Positions 27,844 to 41,299 of a DNA stretch of 64,000 bases are shown here, in pieces. Positions within the stretch are counted from its first letter, which is position 1. Each line of letters opens with the position of its first letter. The translations under genes were made by a program, and so were the position numbers. Source of the stretch: the human T2T-CHM13v2.0 reference genome, Homo sapiens; assembly GCF_009914755.1 (NCBI RefSeq), contig NC_060942.1, one strand, 5' to 3'. Under the pieces are notes generated by a model. That model saw only the letters and a program-made list of their open reading frames with translations. It did no database searches and was not told the origin of the DNA.

Positions 27844-28153
27844 CCCTACATCATCTAAAATACTATCAAGTCCTTTCTTTTGGTTATGCTCCTTAGGTTT
27901 TATCAACAGCATTGCCCTACTTCTCAGGTTTCTGATGCACATCTGCAAATAGCTCCTGGAAAAAAGAAAGAAAATATACTAGGAGCTAGTGTGAGCAACC
28001 ATCCTGATTTGCCCAAGACCGAAAGCTTCCCAGAATATGGCTTTCAATACTAAAACCTTAACTGGCATAATCTCCTCTGCCCTTTCTCTGGGGTCAGCTC
28101 ATTCTTGTTCACTCTTGGTCTGGGATCAGAAATAAAGTCAAGAATATTATTAT

Positions 28154-28533
28154 TGGTATGGCCTGGCTTTTTGTCCCCACCCAAAGCTTATCTCAAATTG
28201 TGATCCCCAGGTGTTGAGAGAGGGACCTGGTGGGAGGTGATTGAATCATGCGGGCAGTTTCCCCCATGCTGTTCTCATAATAGTGAGTTCTCACAAGATC
28301 TAATGGTTTTATAAGAAGCTCTTCCCCCTTCGCTTCCTCTCTCACCTGCCACCATGTAAGACGTGGTTGCTTCCCCTTCACCTTCCACCATGATTGTAAG
28401 TTTTCTGAGGCCTACTAGCCATGCTTCCTGTTAAGCCTGCAGAACTGTGAGTCAATTAAACAAACCTCTTTCCTTTATAATTACCCAGTCTCAGGTAGTT
28501 TTCTTTATAGCAGTGTGAAAACAAATAAATACA
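28154..28533 (+). mobile_element. Solo MaLR LTR (THE1D/MSTA-like)
   Basis: TGGTATGG start, GGGACCTGGTGGGAGGTGATTG, CCATGCTGTTCTC, GAACTGTGAGTCAATTAAAC and AATACA end. Confidence 0.9.
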
Positions 28534-29330
28534 TTGTGAAGGAAATTGAACAAATTCTCTGTTCCTTTATGAAACAGCTTACACTCTAGAAGTAATATAG
28601 AAATTGTGACACCTATGAAAACTCTAGACAGTGGAATTTTTCCATCATTAGGAGTTTGATTTTGTAGAAGCCTGAAATATTTGCACATATGATAGCAGTT
28701 TGGCTTTTTTTATTCTTCTTATACCCTCAGGCACTTGATCCACTGGCTGGGCTAGAATTTAGAAAGCTTTGCCAAAATAGGCCAACATCATCAACATTTA
28801 AAAAAAAAAAACTATTTATGGGACTAGGCAGTTTTCAAAAGGGGAAAGCGGTAAAATTGTTTTGTAACTTCATGGCGTTCTGTTTTTTGTTTTTTGTTTG
28901 TTTGTTTAAAAAAAAAAACAGTTACACCTAGCCTTCTAATATTGTGTCTCACACAGCTCAGTCAAGAGCGTTTGCATGCAAAATCCTTTGGTTCTTCAAT
29001 TTGCACTGAGTACAAAGAGAGATGTTTGCTGGCAATGGGGAAGTTTTGAATCATGGTGTAGGACAGTTTATATGCATCACCTGATAACTGTCTACTGCAG
29101 CACTGACATCAGCACTCTACCCTATTAAAGTGAACTCTTATCTAACAATAGTGAATGGGCCACAGACAGCTGTTGGGTTGCCTTAAGCATGACACTACTT
29201 GAATATTGATGTGCTTTGAGACAATAAAAATGAGTGAAATTTAGCTTGCCTTCTCTCTAAATGCTTTCTATAGACATATATGAAACCATTTGCATACCTA
29301 CAGTCTTGTTGTTGTTTTTTTCCGCCTGAG

Positions 29331-29379
29331 TTCCTACAGTCTTAACTGTGGCACAGTGATGCCCTTGGGAAAAACAAAG
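29331..29379 (+). other. Candidate micro-exon (49 nt, or 40 nt from 29340)
   Basis: Pyrimidine tract followed by AG at 29329-29330 or CAG at 29337-29339; consensus donor AAG|GTGAGT. Confidence 0.3.
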
Positions 29380-29921
29380 GTGAGTACCATACTGCCATTA
29401 CAATTTGCCTTCCTTTTTTTTTTTTTTTTCATTTCCTTTACTGCCACCATCTTGCTGCTATTGCTGCTGCTCCTTGCTGATCTGTTCCCTTTGTTGTGTT
29501 CACTTATTTTTTTTCTCTTTATTTCTTCCATTTCTTCCATCACCTTGGCTTGCACACCAGCAACTTGGCTTTAAAATCAAACTTGTTTTTTTCTGGTCAG
29601 TGAACTAGCCAGTGGCTTTATGTCAGACACAGTCTCGGAAGCTTCTTCAACAACGTTTTCCAGAAGCTGTCCATCCTACCAGTGTCTGTTTTTCTGGCTC
29701 AGGCTTTTTACATGCTTTTAAGTTACATGAAGATTGGCTTCTAGGTTCATGAGGCATTATTATGTTTCTGTGTATACAAGCATTATGGATTCATGTTATT
29801 CAAACAATGAATTGCCTGTCTGAGCCAAGGAAGAAGTCTCATATTTTGGAAGAAGTGTCCAAAAATAAATAATTTCCCTCAAAATGGAAATAATGGTGGA
29901 CACGGAGAGGATAATTTGTAG

Positions 29922-30231
<310 letters not shown>

Positions 30232-30819
30232 ACACCTATGTATTCTTTTATTCCACATTCAGTCATTAAACACTGCTCTACATTAGGCATTAGGTTGGGT
30301 GTTGGAAACATAAAGATGTTAGAGTTTGGGTTCTCAGTAAAACCTTAAGCTTGCCTTGGAGATAGACTCATAAACCATGAATATTTCATTTTCTCTTAAA
30401 GTTTCTATTTACTCATTTATGAAAGTCATATTTAAACAGCTTTTGATTTTAATACCTTTTATTAAGTATTTTTCTCACATTGTAAGAATGATACTTCAAA
30501 AATAATCTATCAGAATTAAAACCATGCTTTTCACATGTGGGCATTTATGTAGATATCTTTTGAGGGTTGCTTGGTATTTGAAGAATAGAGGATATTGGTC
30601 ATTACTGTCATTCAAAAAAAATTAAAGAAAAATACATTTGACACTTCAGAATGTTTTAATCTCTTGACAATGTTACTAAGTCAAAAGATGTGTTAAATTT
30701 CATGAAAATATTCAAATTCTTTTTATTGATTTTAATACTGTTTATAAAAATGTTACTATGTCTATAGGTCTAAGTCAAGAAAAATAGTAATCTAATAATT
30801 GTGTGAATATGAAACTGGG

Positions 30820-31126
30820 CAGTCATCCCTTGGTATCTGTGGATGACTGGTTCCAAGACCTCCATGCATACCAAAGCCTGGGATGCTCAAGACCCTAATA
30901 TAAAATGGCATAGTATTTGCATATGACCTACCAACAACCTCCTGTGTAGTTGAAATCATCTGTAGATTAGGTATAATACCTAATGCAATGTAAATAGTTG
31001 TTAGAATGTATTTTTATTTGTATTATTTTTATCGTTGTATGGTTATTTAAATTTTTTCCATTTATTTTTGATCTGCAGTTGTTTGAATCTGTGGATGTGG
31101 CACCTGTGCAGACAGAGGGCCAACTA
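30820..31126. mobile_element. MER2 (TcMar-Tigger non-autonomous)
   Basis: TIRs CAGTCATCCCTTGGTATC / GACAGAGGGCCAACT; ATATAAAATGGCATAGTATTTGCATAT core. Confidence 0.87.
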
Positions 31127-32499
31127 TAATTGCTACTCATAAAATACTGTGTGAGTGCTTGTGTGTGTGTTTGTGCTTATGAGACAGATAAGAAGAAACA
31201 GATTTCTCAAATACCTGAACTAAAATTAAATTTAACAATCAAGTAAAAACAGAGCTCATAAATCTTAGGACTGAACTATATTATGATTCTTTATGGAAAA
31301 TAGACTAACATATAGAAAATATCTCTAAGGAGCACTGCTTTTGATATCTTATAAAAATGTTAGGAGGTTAAATTGTTTTAATAAATTGCCTTTTATATTT
31401 TAAAATTCACATACTGACATAGAAAAAGTGAGTCTTCTTCAAGTTTTCTATTACATGACATATCTTGAAGTCCACTGATACTGGATGCATCTTTGATTCC
31501 ATTAGCTTAAAACATTTCTGAGATAGGATCTTTCCACTCACTTTCCTCTTGGAGCTCTCTCTATGAGGCTCATTCTGTGATACATTTTTCAATTTTATAC
31601 CTCACATCTGATCTTGAGTTACTTTATTTGACTTACATTCTTGTAGAATTTTTTAGCATTAATTTTATCAGCCGTTTGCAACACCCTCTGGAATTCATCA
31701 CTTGAAAGACACTATTGAAGGGGAGCTTAATTGGATGAGATTGATTTCCCCACACACATCATTACACATGCTATATATATGTGCAAATGCTGCTAAAGGA
31801 GAAATGGGGAAAATATGTTATTCTTTCTCTGACATACTATGTAAATAATACTATTAACTTGTTAATGAGTACCAGGAGCTACGTGGAATGTATAGCTTTG
31901 GTCTTCTGAATTCTGATTGACACTGAAAATCAAGTGATAGCTCTTTTGAATTGCTACTCACTGATTTAGAATGAATGCACATCCATCTAGAATAAAATCA
32001 AATCTTTCTGAATAATCAATTTATAGAGAAGTATACTGTGTCTATAAAACTTTAGTAATCATACTGAAGCATGGGTAAGCTGGTTATACTAATACACAAA
32101 TTAGGAGTGTCACAGAGTCTTTATGATTACTCAAATATTGTACATTAATAAATTCTAAAACACTCGGAATATACCACTTTTTTTCTTTTCAAATAGCTAC
32201 ACAGTTTCTTATTAACTTCTGGGGTGGAAGATGAAGAAAGAAAGCATACAAATGTCATCTCATTTGCCTTCAAAAATGGTTCCACTTTTTACACAGATAT
32301 CAGAGCCCAGCATTTGGGGAAATCATAAGAGTACATAGTAGAGGTTTCCTGGGAAGAAAAATAAATCTAGGATAGGGGAGAATAAAAGACCACACAAGGC
32401 AAAGCAAAAGCTAGAGGACTAGAGCACAGCCAGTGTGGGATAATCTGAACATGGTAATGACAAGAATATATAAGCATGCAAATATTTTACTACCTTTTC

Positions 32500-35230
32500 A
32501 GAATCTTCCTTGAGTTTGAATTGCTTGGCTGATGGAGAAAGTCAGACTTTTATTTTCAGAGTCTCAGAACCCTTAGTAGTTTTATCTGTTAGGGTATCGT
32601 TTTTGACACTGCCAATTTACTTTTATCACTATGTATGGAAGCACCAAGATACACTCCAGGGAATTCCCTGGGTTGCAGAAGAGCTCCTAGTAGCAATTTC
32701 CTATTAGTAATCTTGGCTCTGATAGTAATCAGTTCCAATTACTTCTGCCTATATCGTACCTCCTTTCTTTGTGTGCAGACGCACTAGCAGAAAGAGCCCA
32801 AAGTTGTCAAGTGATAGTTAGGTTAAGTGGAATCTTTACTGTGTCCCTTAATGGAAGTATCTCCCACACCCAAAGAACTAAGAGTTTTATTCAGTAGGGA
32901 CTAAAATTGCTAAGACAGAAAGCACAGATTTCATAGGTGGGTAGCAGGGAATATAGTGAGAGAGGCCAGTCTTTCTTTTACTCCTTGCTTCTCAGATCTG
33001 TGCATTCAAGCTGTTGGGAATATGGTGTCTTAACGTCAGCTATTGGCTCAGTATGAATACCACATCCTGGAGGTAGCATTCCTGCCCTACAGGGCATTGT
33101 CCCCAAATTGACACCTGTATGGTATCTTTTATAAACCATTCTATCATTCAGTGAGGTTGTCCACTTTCAGGCCATATAGTGTATGTCAGAACTAGTAGAT
33201 CTTATGTTCATGCAGTCATTGTTATCCTTATTAATTATAAAATGTGTCCCTTTGTCTCATGTAATAATTTGTTGCCACTGAACAAGTACTCCTGTCTCCC
33301 TAGTTGTTGATTGTCTCCTCTACCACAGATGCTCTCTGGTGAGCAATATCATATGCCATAGAGATCCTTATGTTTGTGTGAACTCTTATACGTCCATCCC
33401 GAGGGGTAATAGTATTGTGGCAGTCCACTTTCACCTAGAAGCAACATACACAACCATCCATTTGTGAACCATGCCTGGGCTTTTATTTCTGCTAGGTGGT
33501 GATAGAGAATATCCATTTCCCACTACAAGACCATACGTGTGAGCTGAGAGAGAAGAGCGTGCAACAGAATTAAGGGGTATGGGAATCTAAACCACTTGTT
33601 CATGTTACTTAATAATGTCCTCTAGACATCACTGAGCCCGAACTCATATGTGCTATTTCCATCTTATGGGCAGATTGCTATTATACTGTTCATGTTTCTT
33701 ACTTGGTGAGCATGATAACACCCAGTTTAGGGTGGGAAGCTTTGGTCACACAATAACTTGATATTCCATCATCAGGCACTTGTCCTCTACTAGTGCCCAG
33801 GAGAATGGCAGAGACTGCTTTTACGAATGGCAAGTAGTTCTCTAACTCACAAGGTACAGACTACAGGATGTTGCTTAAAGATTCCAGGCATCTCCCTGTG
33901 CAAAGGCTCTTCTTGTACTAGAAAGAGACTATACACAGCCTTTGACGTGTTGGTCACATGGATTGACTGCAGAGTTCTCTCTTACTCTGGGCCCCATCTA
34001 AAAGCCTCAGCATTCCAAGGTGCCCATTATGTTGGTTACAGCAGTAATCCTAAGCACACTACATGTAGCCTCCAAGATTCAAAAAATCTCACCAAGAGGC
34101 GTGTCTCTTTGTGGGTAGGAGTACATGGGCGACAATTCTTTGCCTTAAAGGGAATGCTACTCTGCCCCAGATCATTAGACTCCTAACATCCTTACTGATA
34201 CCACAGGTTCCCAAATCTCCACAGTGTTATTCTCCCACTTTCCCTTAGTAGGGAATACAAAGTACTTGCCACTTCTTGATCACCAAGTCCAATTAGCATA
34301 TTTCATCAATATAGTAGACTGATGCAATATTATTCAAAATATGAAATTAATCAGGATCCATGATAATTATATCATGACAATGATCAGGAGAGTTAATGGA
34401 GCCCTGGGGCTACAGCCTTCATAGTCTCCCAACATAATATAACTGCTTTGGATCATCTTTATGAATAGGATTGGAAAACAATGCCAGTTCAATGCGGAAC
34501 CCTCATCAACGGTATTAGTGCCCTTACAAAAGAGAGCTGAGAGAGCTCCTTTGCCTTGTTTGCCAGGTGAGGACATGGGACAAGGTGCCATCTATGAGGA
34601 AACAGCCCTCACCAGATACTGAACCTGCTGGCGCCTTAATCTTGGACTTTGCAGCCTCCAGAACTGTGAGAAATAAATGTTTGCTGTTTATAAACTGTCC
34701 CATTTCTGGTATTCTATTATAGCAGACCAAGCAGACTAAGAATGCTCTAATCTCTGCAGTTTTACCGGGGGTGTGATTTTCTGTTTTGGCTGGGCTGGGA
34801 TCTGGGCGAGAGGTAAGATAGTTTCCGGGACGTCTACTTAGCCTTTCCTACAATAATGGTTATTACTCCACAGGTCAGTGAACCAATGTGAGGGCTCTGC
34901 TATCTGCTTAGTACATTCACATCAACCATATACTCAGGAAATGAGTAAATAACCTTAGAGTGGGTTCATGAACCCATCATCAGAGACTTGAGCCAGAACT
35001 TTGTATATTTCCTGATCTCTAATTACTCTAACCCTTGAATCATGTTGAACTGTTGGATTTTTGAGTGTCAGTTCAGATCTATTGTCTAACAACACTCAAA
35101 TTGTTAAGTATTTTCTCTTCTCCAGGTAAATGGCTGAAGATTCCTTTGGGGGAAGATTGGGTAAAATGATTATTGTATATATTTGCAGTAGCATTGCAGG
35201 ATTCTTCTTCAAGGGGACTTGGCTTCCACC
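32500..35230 (-). mobile_element. Ancient ERV-L (class III) internal remnant: protease, RT, RNase H/IN, dUTPase
   Basis: Degenerate minus-strand motifs in ERV-L gene order: a LLDTGSELTL-like stretch at ~35065-35095; FSNPIHKDDPKQ and PQGSINSPDHCHDII at 34365-34480; VYYIDE (YIDD-like) at 34302-34319; an LVGLFGFW-like stretch at ~34070-34100; dUTPase-like ILPLRDTVKIPLNL at ~32820-32862. Confidence 0.72.
34495..34742 (+). mobile_element. 3' half of MLT1A/MSTD-class LTR nested in the ERV-L remnant
   Basis: ATTAGTGCCCTTA...CAGCCTCCAGAACTGTGAGAAATAAA...GACTAAGA. Confidence 0.88.
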
Positions 35231-38200
35231 TCAATTGATCAGTTTGGATCTGAGTGTTATATCTGTAAACCAGTGAAATTATACCCTGGCTTGAAGCAGA
35301 TCAGAGTTACCAAGATTTTCATAGATGGTGGATTGGACTGAGTGCAATGGAAGATGAAGTGTTGGCTTTTCTAATAGCTGAGGTGCTTCAACAGTACAAG
35401 GACAATGGTAATAAGGGCTGTGAAGTCGACTGGCTTGTATAACACAAGTGCTTTTAGAGGCTTTGAAAAGAGAAAATAGGCTTTGAAAAGTGCTCAGGTT
35501 AAACAGCCAAACAAGGAGAGACACATAAAAAAAGACTATAAATGACACCTTTCTGATGCAATTGGAATCTTAGTTATTTGGATCTAAGCTTTCTAGCTGG
35601 CCTCCCATTCATGCTTAGGCTTGTTACTATGTGGTGAGTGCATGAATAAAGATACTGTAGCAGAAACAATTGATCAGCTTTCATAGCATTTATCACCATT
35701 TGTTACTGAGATGCACTTGTGGCTTTATAGGAGTGACTCCCCGCTGAACTGCAAGCTCTAGTCAGGGATGGGAATTGTGTCTCTGCAGTTTACTGTGGCA
35801 CATGGCTTAGCACATGGAAGCAGCTCAGATTTTCTCAAATGAATAAAGAATAAATGAACTCGTTGGTGAAAAGTCATGGTTTTATATCTCAAAGTAAAAT
35901 TTAAGTAAATAGGTTTGGAGATTGGATGAGTCTATTCTTACGGGAGCACCTGCTGGATGAAGTTTAATTCAACTGACTGCTTTTTCGCATATTGTGTGAA
36001 ACCACAGTGTGGGTGGATTCATTCTCAGGGTCAAAATGCTACCTCCCAGTTTTGGATGATGTGACACATGGGAGCTGCTAACTAAAAGAAAAGGAAGCGG
36101 AGAGGGGTGGACTTGAGTATTTGAGTATTTTCTGTGTTTAGAATTTAGATAAACGTGTGAAAGGTTTTTTAAAAGAATCAATCTCATTGATCACTAAAAG
36201 AGACATTGTCTTTGTCTCAAAGGAATAGGAAAAACTTAAAATGAGAGACAAAGAGACCAGAACAATCTCCAGGAGACCCATTATCCCACCAGCTCTGCCA
36301 CTACCTGGTTGAGTAGATTTTAGCCAGGTCTTTTCATCTTGTTGATCATGTTTCCACATCTATGATTTAAGAGGGTTTAATGAGATGATTCTTAAAGTTT
36401 CCTCCAGCTCTAACATTCAAGGACACCATGACTTCCTACCCCAGTGTCCACATATCTTCATATTATATAGGTCCACTGGAAATATAGTTCTATAGCTTAA
36501 CCAGTGGGACTTAAGGACCCCACCAGTTCCTTCAAATGGGAAGGGAGTGGTTATCCTGATGGGGTATTAGAGGAAAAACCTGAGTCCTATCTCCCATTTG
36601 AAAGCTTCTCTTTAGCTAACACTGACCGGAACATTGTCTTATTTCCATTTCCCTGAATATGCTATTCCCTCCCATGACCCTGTGTATAATTCACCCACAA
36701 TCATAAATCTATAGTTTCTTAGGATATATTTCATCCAGCTGGAATTTCATAAACTGTCCACGATTTTGTTGATGGTCAATAATTTTAAATGACTCATTCT
36801 CCCCTTGCCTTTGTGATAGCTTCCTTACTGTGGAAGTCACCCACCTTTTTGTGTTTTAAATACTTCTTTGAAGTTTAATTTGCTCTCCTCTTCATAATTG
36901 CTTATGCGGAAGCTCCACCATGCACCATTTTGCTTTAAAAGCAGAGTCTTCTGACCTCCTGTCTTCCCCTGCCTACTCCCTAGCCCTCTGTCAGGTAGTC
37001 CTCAATTGGCTTCTAATGTCCTATTCATTAGAGCCCCTTGTCTGCAGGCACATGCTGTCACTTGCCAGGACATTTTTCATCCTGCACACTGAGTTACTTT
37101 AATACCAATATATTTCAGAATTTGCAAGGGACACAGTGTGCTTAGTACTCAGAGATGCCAAGATATTTAGCATCTCCTCCTTTCCTCAATATATTGATTT
37201 TAACAGAAGTATTAGACTAAGTGCTACATGATGTAAAGCTACTTCAACACTGTCCATTGTAAAGGCAAAGTGAATGTGGGAGGTGTTCTAGTGCTCTTTC
37301 TAATCAGTGGATTCTTCAAGCTACTGATTAGGGAGCTAAAAGAGGCACTTTTTACCCAGGAAAAGCTGGATTACTCTATGGCAGCAGCCACCGCTGCCCT
37401 GACCTGTAGTTCAGTTGCTCTAGGGCTTTGCAAAGGCCTATCCCAGCTGTATACAAAGATGGCCTTTTGAGAGCCAGAGACTATTTTAAAAATTAGATGT
37501 CCAAAGCTTGGTAATTTCTGACTTTAGATTTATATTTAGTTTTTGCTTTTATAAATAATTATATACAAAAGAAGAGATTTATTGCTTTCTTTTTAATACA
37601 GCATCACATTCATATGCACAGATGAAAATAACCTATAAAAAAAAACAAGTATCTGGCATTCTAGGTATGGAATGTCATTATTATCAAACAAGTACCTGAA
37701 ATTCAATATTTTTGTTTTGGATGACAGAAAAAGAACTACGGTCAGTTTCAGAAATAAACATGAAAGCTGAGTTTTAGCAGAAGCCCACTTGAACAGATAT
37801 CATATGCTAGAGAGAAGGACAACAGATCCTACAGTTCTATGTGTATAAGAAACACAAATAGACATCATTATCTCTGCCCCAGGGACTTAACCCCTTGGGG
37901 AAAAGACCAGTCTTCCAGGCTCCTTATCAAACTAAAATAATTTTGAAACACATTTTTCATTTCCTCCAGCACTGGTTTAAAAATGTTTGCAGATAGATAC
38001 TGTTTGTTGTTGTTGTTTTTTTCTCCCTTCATTTTGTTTTCAGTGTTCATAAGGACAATTAAAACCCAGGCTGTAATAAGGCATCTGTTGTAAACAAGTT
38101 CAGACAAAGGAAGCAATTTCTGTGGCAAGTATGGGGCATAAGGAGACGTAAAGGGCTGCATTATAGAAAGCATAGATAATAACAGAAAATAAACCCTTTT

Positions 38201-38469
38201 CACCTCCAACCCACTCCACATACCGTGTGGATCTCATTGGCTAAAATTACAGCTTTGTAAGTTGTTTTTGGAATCATTAAATAGCAAAAATAGCAAATAT
38301 ATTGTTAATCTTTAAAATTTACATTAGAGATTCTGGCCACAACCTGTATTTCTCCATTCTAAATTAAGAGCTGATAGGATTTTCCTGTATTTCTCCAGTC
38401 TAAATTAAGAGCAAATAGGTATCTACTTACAGCATCAACAAGAATACACCCTGCTAGAGTCCCTTCCTT

Positions 38470-38668
38470 AGTGTGTGTGTGCACAATCACACACACATAC
38501 ACAGACATGCACACGAGACACACTGCGCTGAGTGCACAGACTTGTGCAAGGAGACACACATGCACACATGTGCACAGGTATGCACAAGTGCACACTCACA
38601 TACATGCACAGAAATGTACCCACAGAGACACGCTTACGCACAGGCACATGCACCCACAAACACACACA
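38470..38668. repeat. Degenerate (CA)n/(CATG) alternating purine-pyrimidine tract
   Basis: ~200 bp of CACA/TGCA/CATG motifs; this tract explains the overlapping H/T/C-rich ORFs. Confidence 0.9.
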
Positions 38669-39419
38669 ATTCCCTGGCCAGTCACGGAGAGGAGGTATCT
38701 GTCTTTCCATGCTCCGTTTTAGGCTGCTGGGCTTCTGAGTTTGTGCTCATTTTCATTGCTGAAAATAATCATTTTCAGCCTAACTCGCCTCAGTGCCTCA
38801 GGGACAGTTCATTCCTATTGCTTCCTCTATATCCTTTTCCCACATTAGGCCCCAAAGCCAAATCTTTCCATTTCAAAGAAAAATCGCTGTTCACCAAACT
38901 GGACAGCATCTATATTTGCCCAGTTAGAAGATGCTGCTTTTCACATCTTTCACTGAAATACAGGACAGTGACACAGAGTTCTTAGAGTGTTCCTTTTCAG
39001 GAGACAGCTTAAGTGGTAACTTTCTGCCTCCCCGCTCCTACTGGAAAGCCAGTGGTGTGGTTATCAAAAAACTAAGTCTATTCCCTCACTACCCCTGGGC
39101 AGGGATTGTGTCTTATTCATCTTGCATCTACAGTGCCTAGCAAAGCGCCTGTCACGGAACAGAATCCAGTAAAGATCTCTTCAATAAATGCAATTTCAGC
39201 ATTAGATCCTTCTCCCTCAATTTCTCAAATTTGTGCATGCATACTCACAGGGGTATGCCCTTGTGTGCCACGGAGCATGAGCAGTCACAAGATAAACACA
39301 GTATCTCTCCAGCTTCTTGGAAAATCCATTTATTTTCTAAGTCATGTTTAAAAGATTATTTTTCTATTAAAGCAAACATTGGATAAGGAGAATCTAATAA
39401 ATGTCATGTTGGTAGTTGT

Positions 39420-40300
39420 GGTAAAGATCATGAGCTTTGAAGATAATTTTAAATTCTGTACCTACCACTGTTTAGTGATATGACCTCAAGTACCTTCTAA
39501 AAATTCTTCCAAGCATTTTTATTCTCAGTTGTAAAATGAAGACAATCATAACTGTTTTATAGAGACTTGGGGATTCAAATAAGAGAATATACACAATTGT
39601 AGTTAAGAGTGATACTGGAGACAGTCACCGTGGCACTAAATGTGATTGCAGCAGCATACTAATATTGGTAGTAGCCACAATAATGTTGAGATTAGCAGGG
39701 GCAATTGTAACAGCCACAGAAATAAATAGCAAAAGGAGTGAGTAAATAAGCAATTCAATGCACAAATAAATATGAAAAGTTAACCTAAAAGTAAGGGCAC
39801 TAGCCTTTTAAGTCAGTAGACACCAAAGAGAATCGTTTAATCCTACTACTCGGTTTTACAGGTACAGACAAGGAAACTGAGGCTCAGAAAACTTAACAAA
39901 GTTACTCACCCAAGTTCATCATACTTACTGACAAAATCAAGACTAGAACCACTCCATTCCAGGTATAGGGGGTGTAGGCTACAGTATGATCTGTCATCTC
40001 TGAATATAATTATTATCCTTATGCAGCGGTAAAGATATATGCCCAGGCTCAAAAGTGGAGAATGGATGGTCATGCACACTGTAGCAAAATGAACCTGGAC
40101 TATAGAGCCTGAGATTGAAAATCATCTCTGCCAGTTCCAAGATTTCTGACTGTGGCCAAGTTATTTAATCTCTCTGAAAATTGTTATCTATATGTGGGGT
40201 AAAGACGATACCATCTGCCTTGCAGGTTGATGAGAGAATTAGAGAAACTGTATCAAAGTGCCTTGTGACACGTAGTGGCAGACACTAAATGATAGCTTTT
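39420..40300. mobile_element. Cluster of MIR fragments in both orientations
   Basis: Cores ACAAGGAAACTGAGGCTCAGA (~39870) and GGCCAAGTTATTTAATCTCTCTG (~40155). Confidence 0.7.
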
Positions 40301-41299
40301 CTATATTTATCCATTTTCTTCATTGTCACTCATTTTTAATGTCTTTTCAAATACAGTTACCAATCCCATAGGAAAAATAATTATCATGCACAGGGTATAT
40401 TCCAAACATGACAGGAGCTAGAGTTATAAAATACATTAGAAATTCATGGGGTTTATGGCCTCATCCTGATAGTCACTAGAGTTTCAATGATAATACTTGA
40501 CTTTTCTAAGTGGTAAATTTCTTCACCACTACAGGAATTAATACAGGGGTGGGGTGAGGGTATAAAATAAATTGAAAATTTTAAAGACAGGGAATTTTCT
40601 TAAGAACAATAATAACTAGAAAGCAGACTAAACACTTGATATAGTTGTCTCATACTATTTTTATTTTGAATGTGGGTTTCTTTTTTCCTGTTTTAAAGGA
40701 ATTCTCTCACATTCTGAAGAACATGATGTCATATTTGTCAACCAAGTTCTGACCTGGAAATAAAAAAAAATTATAGCTAAAAAGTGAATTACGGAATAAC
40801 TGCACAGATCAGTTCTCTGTGCTCTATCTAGCTCATTCCTCACCATCACCAAAAAAAAAAAAAAAGGGAAAGGAGGCAGTATGATCACATAATAAAGGAA
40901 GATTATTTAAATCAAGAATAATGTTATTGAAAACTTACTAAATTATTGTTATTTTATTCATGTTCCCTGGGCCTGGTGACAAGCCCATTTGGAGCAGCAC
41001 TGGCTGCTTGGAAGAGGCTAGCAGGGGAAAGTAGAAGGCGTTGGCCACAGCAATCAACCTCTGTGTGACCCTGAGCTGTTTCTGAACTCCTCACAGTCTC
41101 AGATACATTGAACTCATCTCTAAAGTCTGTTCCAGCTCTAACTTTATATCCTCTGACTCAGACCAATAGAGTGCCTAAGAACTAAAACCATAACCCTTCC
41201 TCAGGCAGAGTAAACCGGGGACCTCTCCTTAGCTTTGCTGTATGCTGGTATCAGAACAGGGGTAAGGGAATGAAGTTATGAGAAAGCCACTATTTTGAG

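Noticed and set aside
29334-29608. K/E/S-rich ORF (MQAKVMEEMEEIKRKK...) and overlapping hydrophobic ORFs
   Set aside because: They arise from poly-T and (CTG)n low-complexity sequence. There is no recognisable domain, and the minus-strand ORF starts at a non-ATG codon.
38359-38985. Cluster of His/Cys/Thr-rich ORFs up to 170 aa
   Set aside because: These are translations of the degenerate CA repeat.
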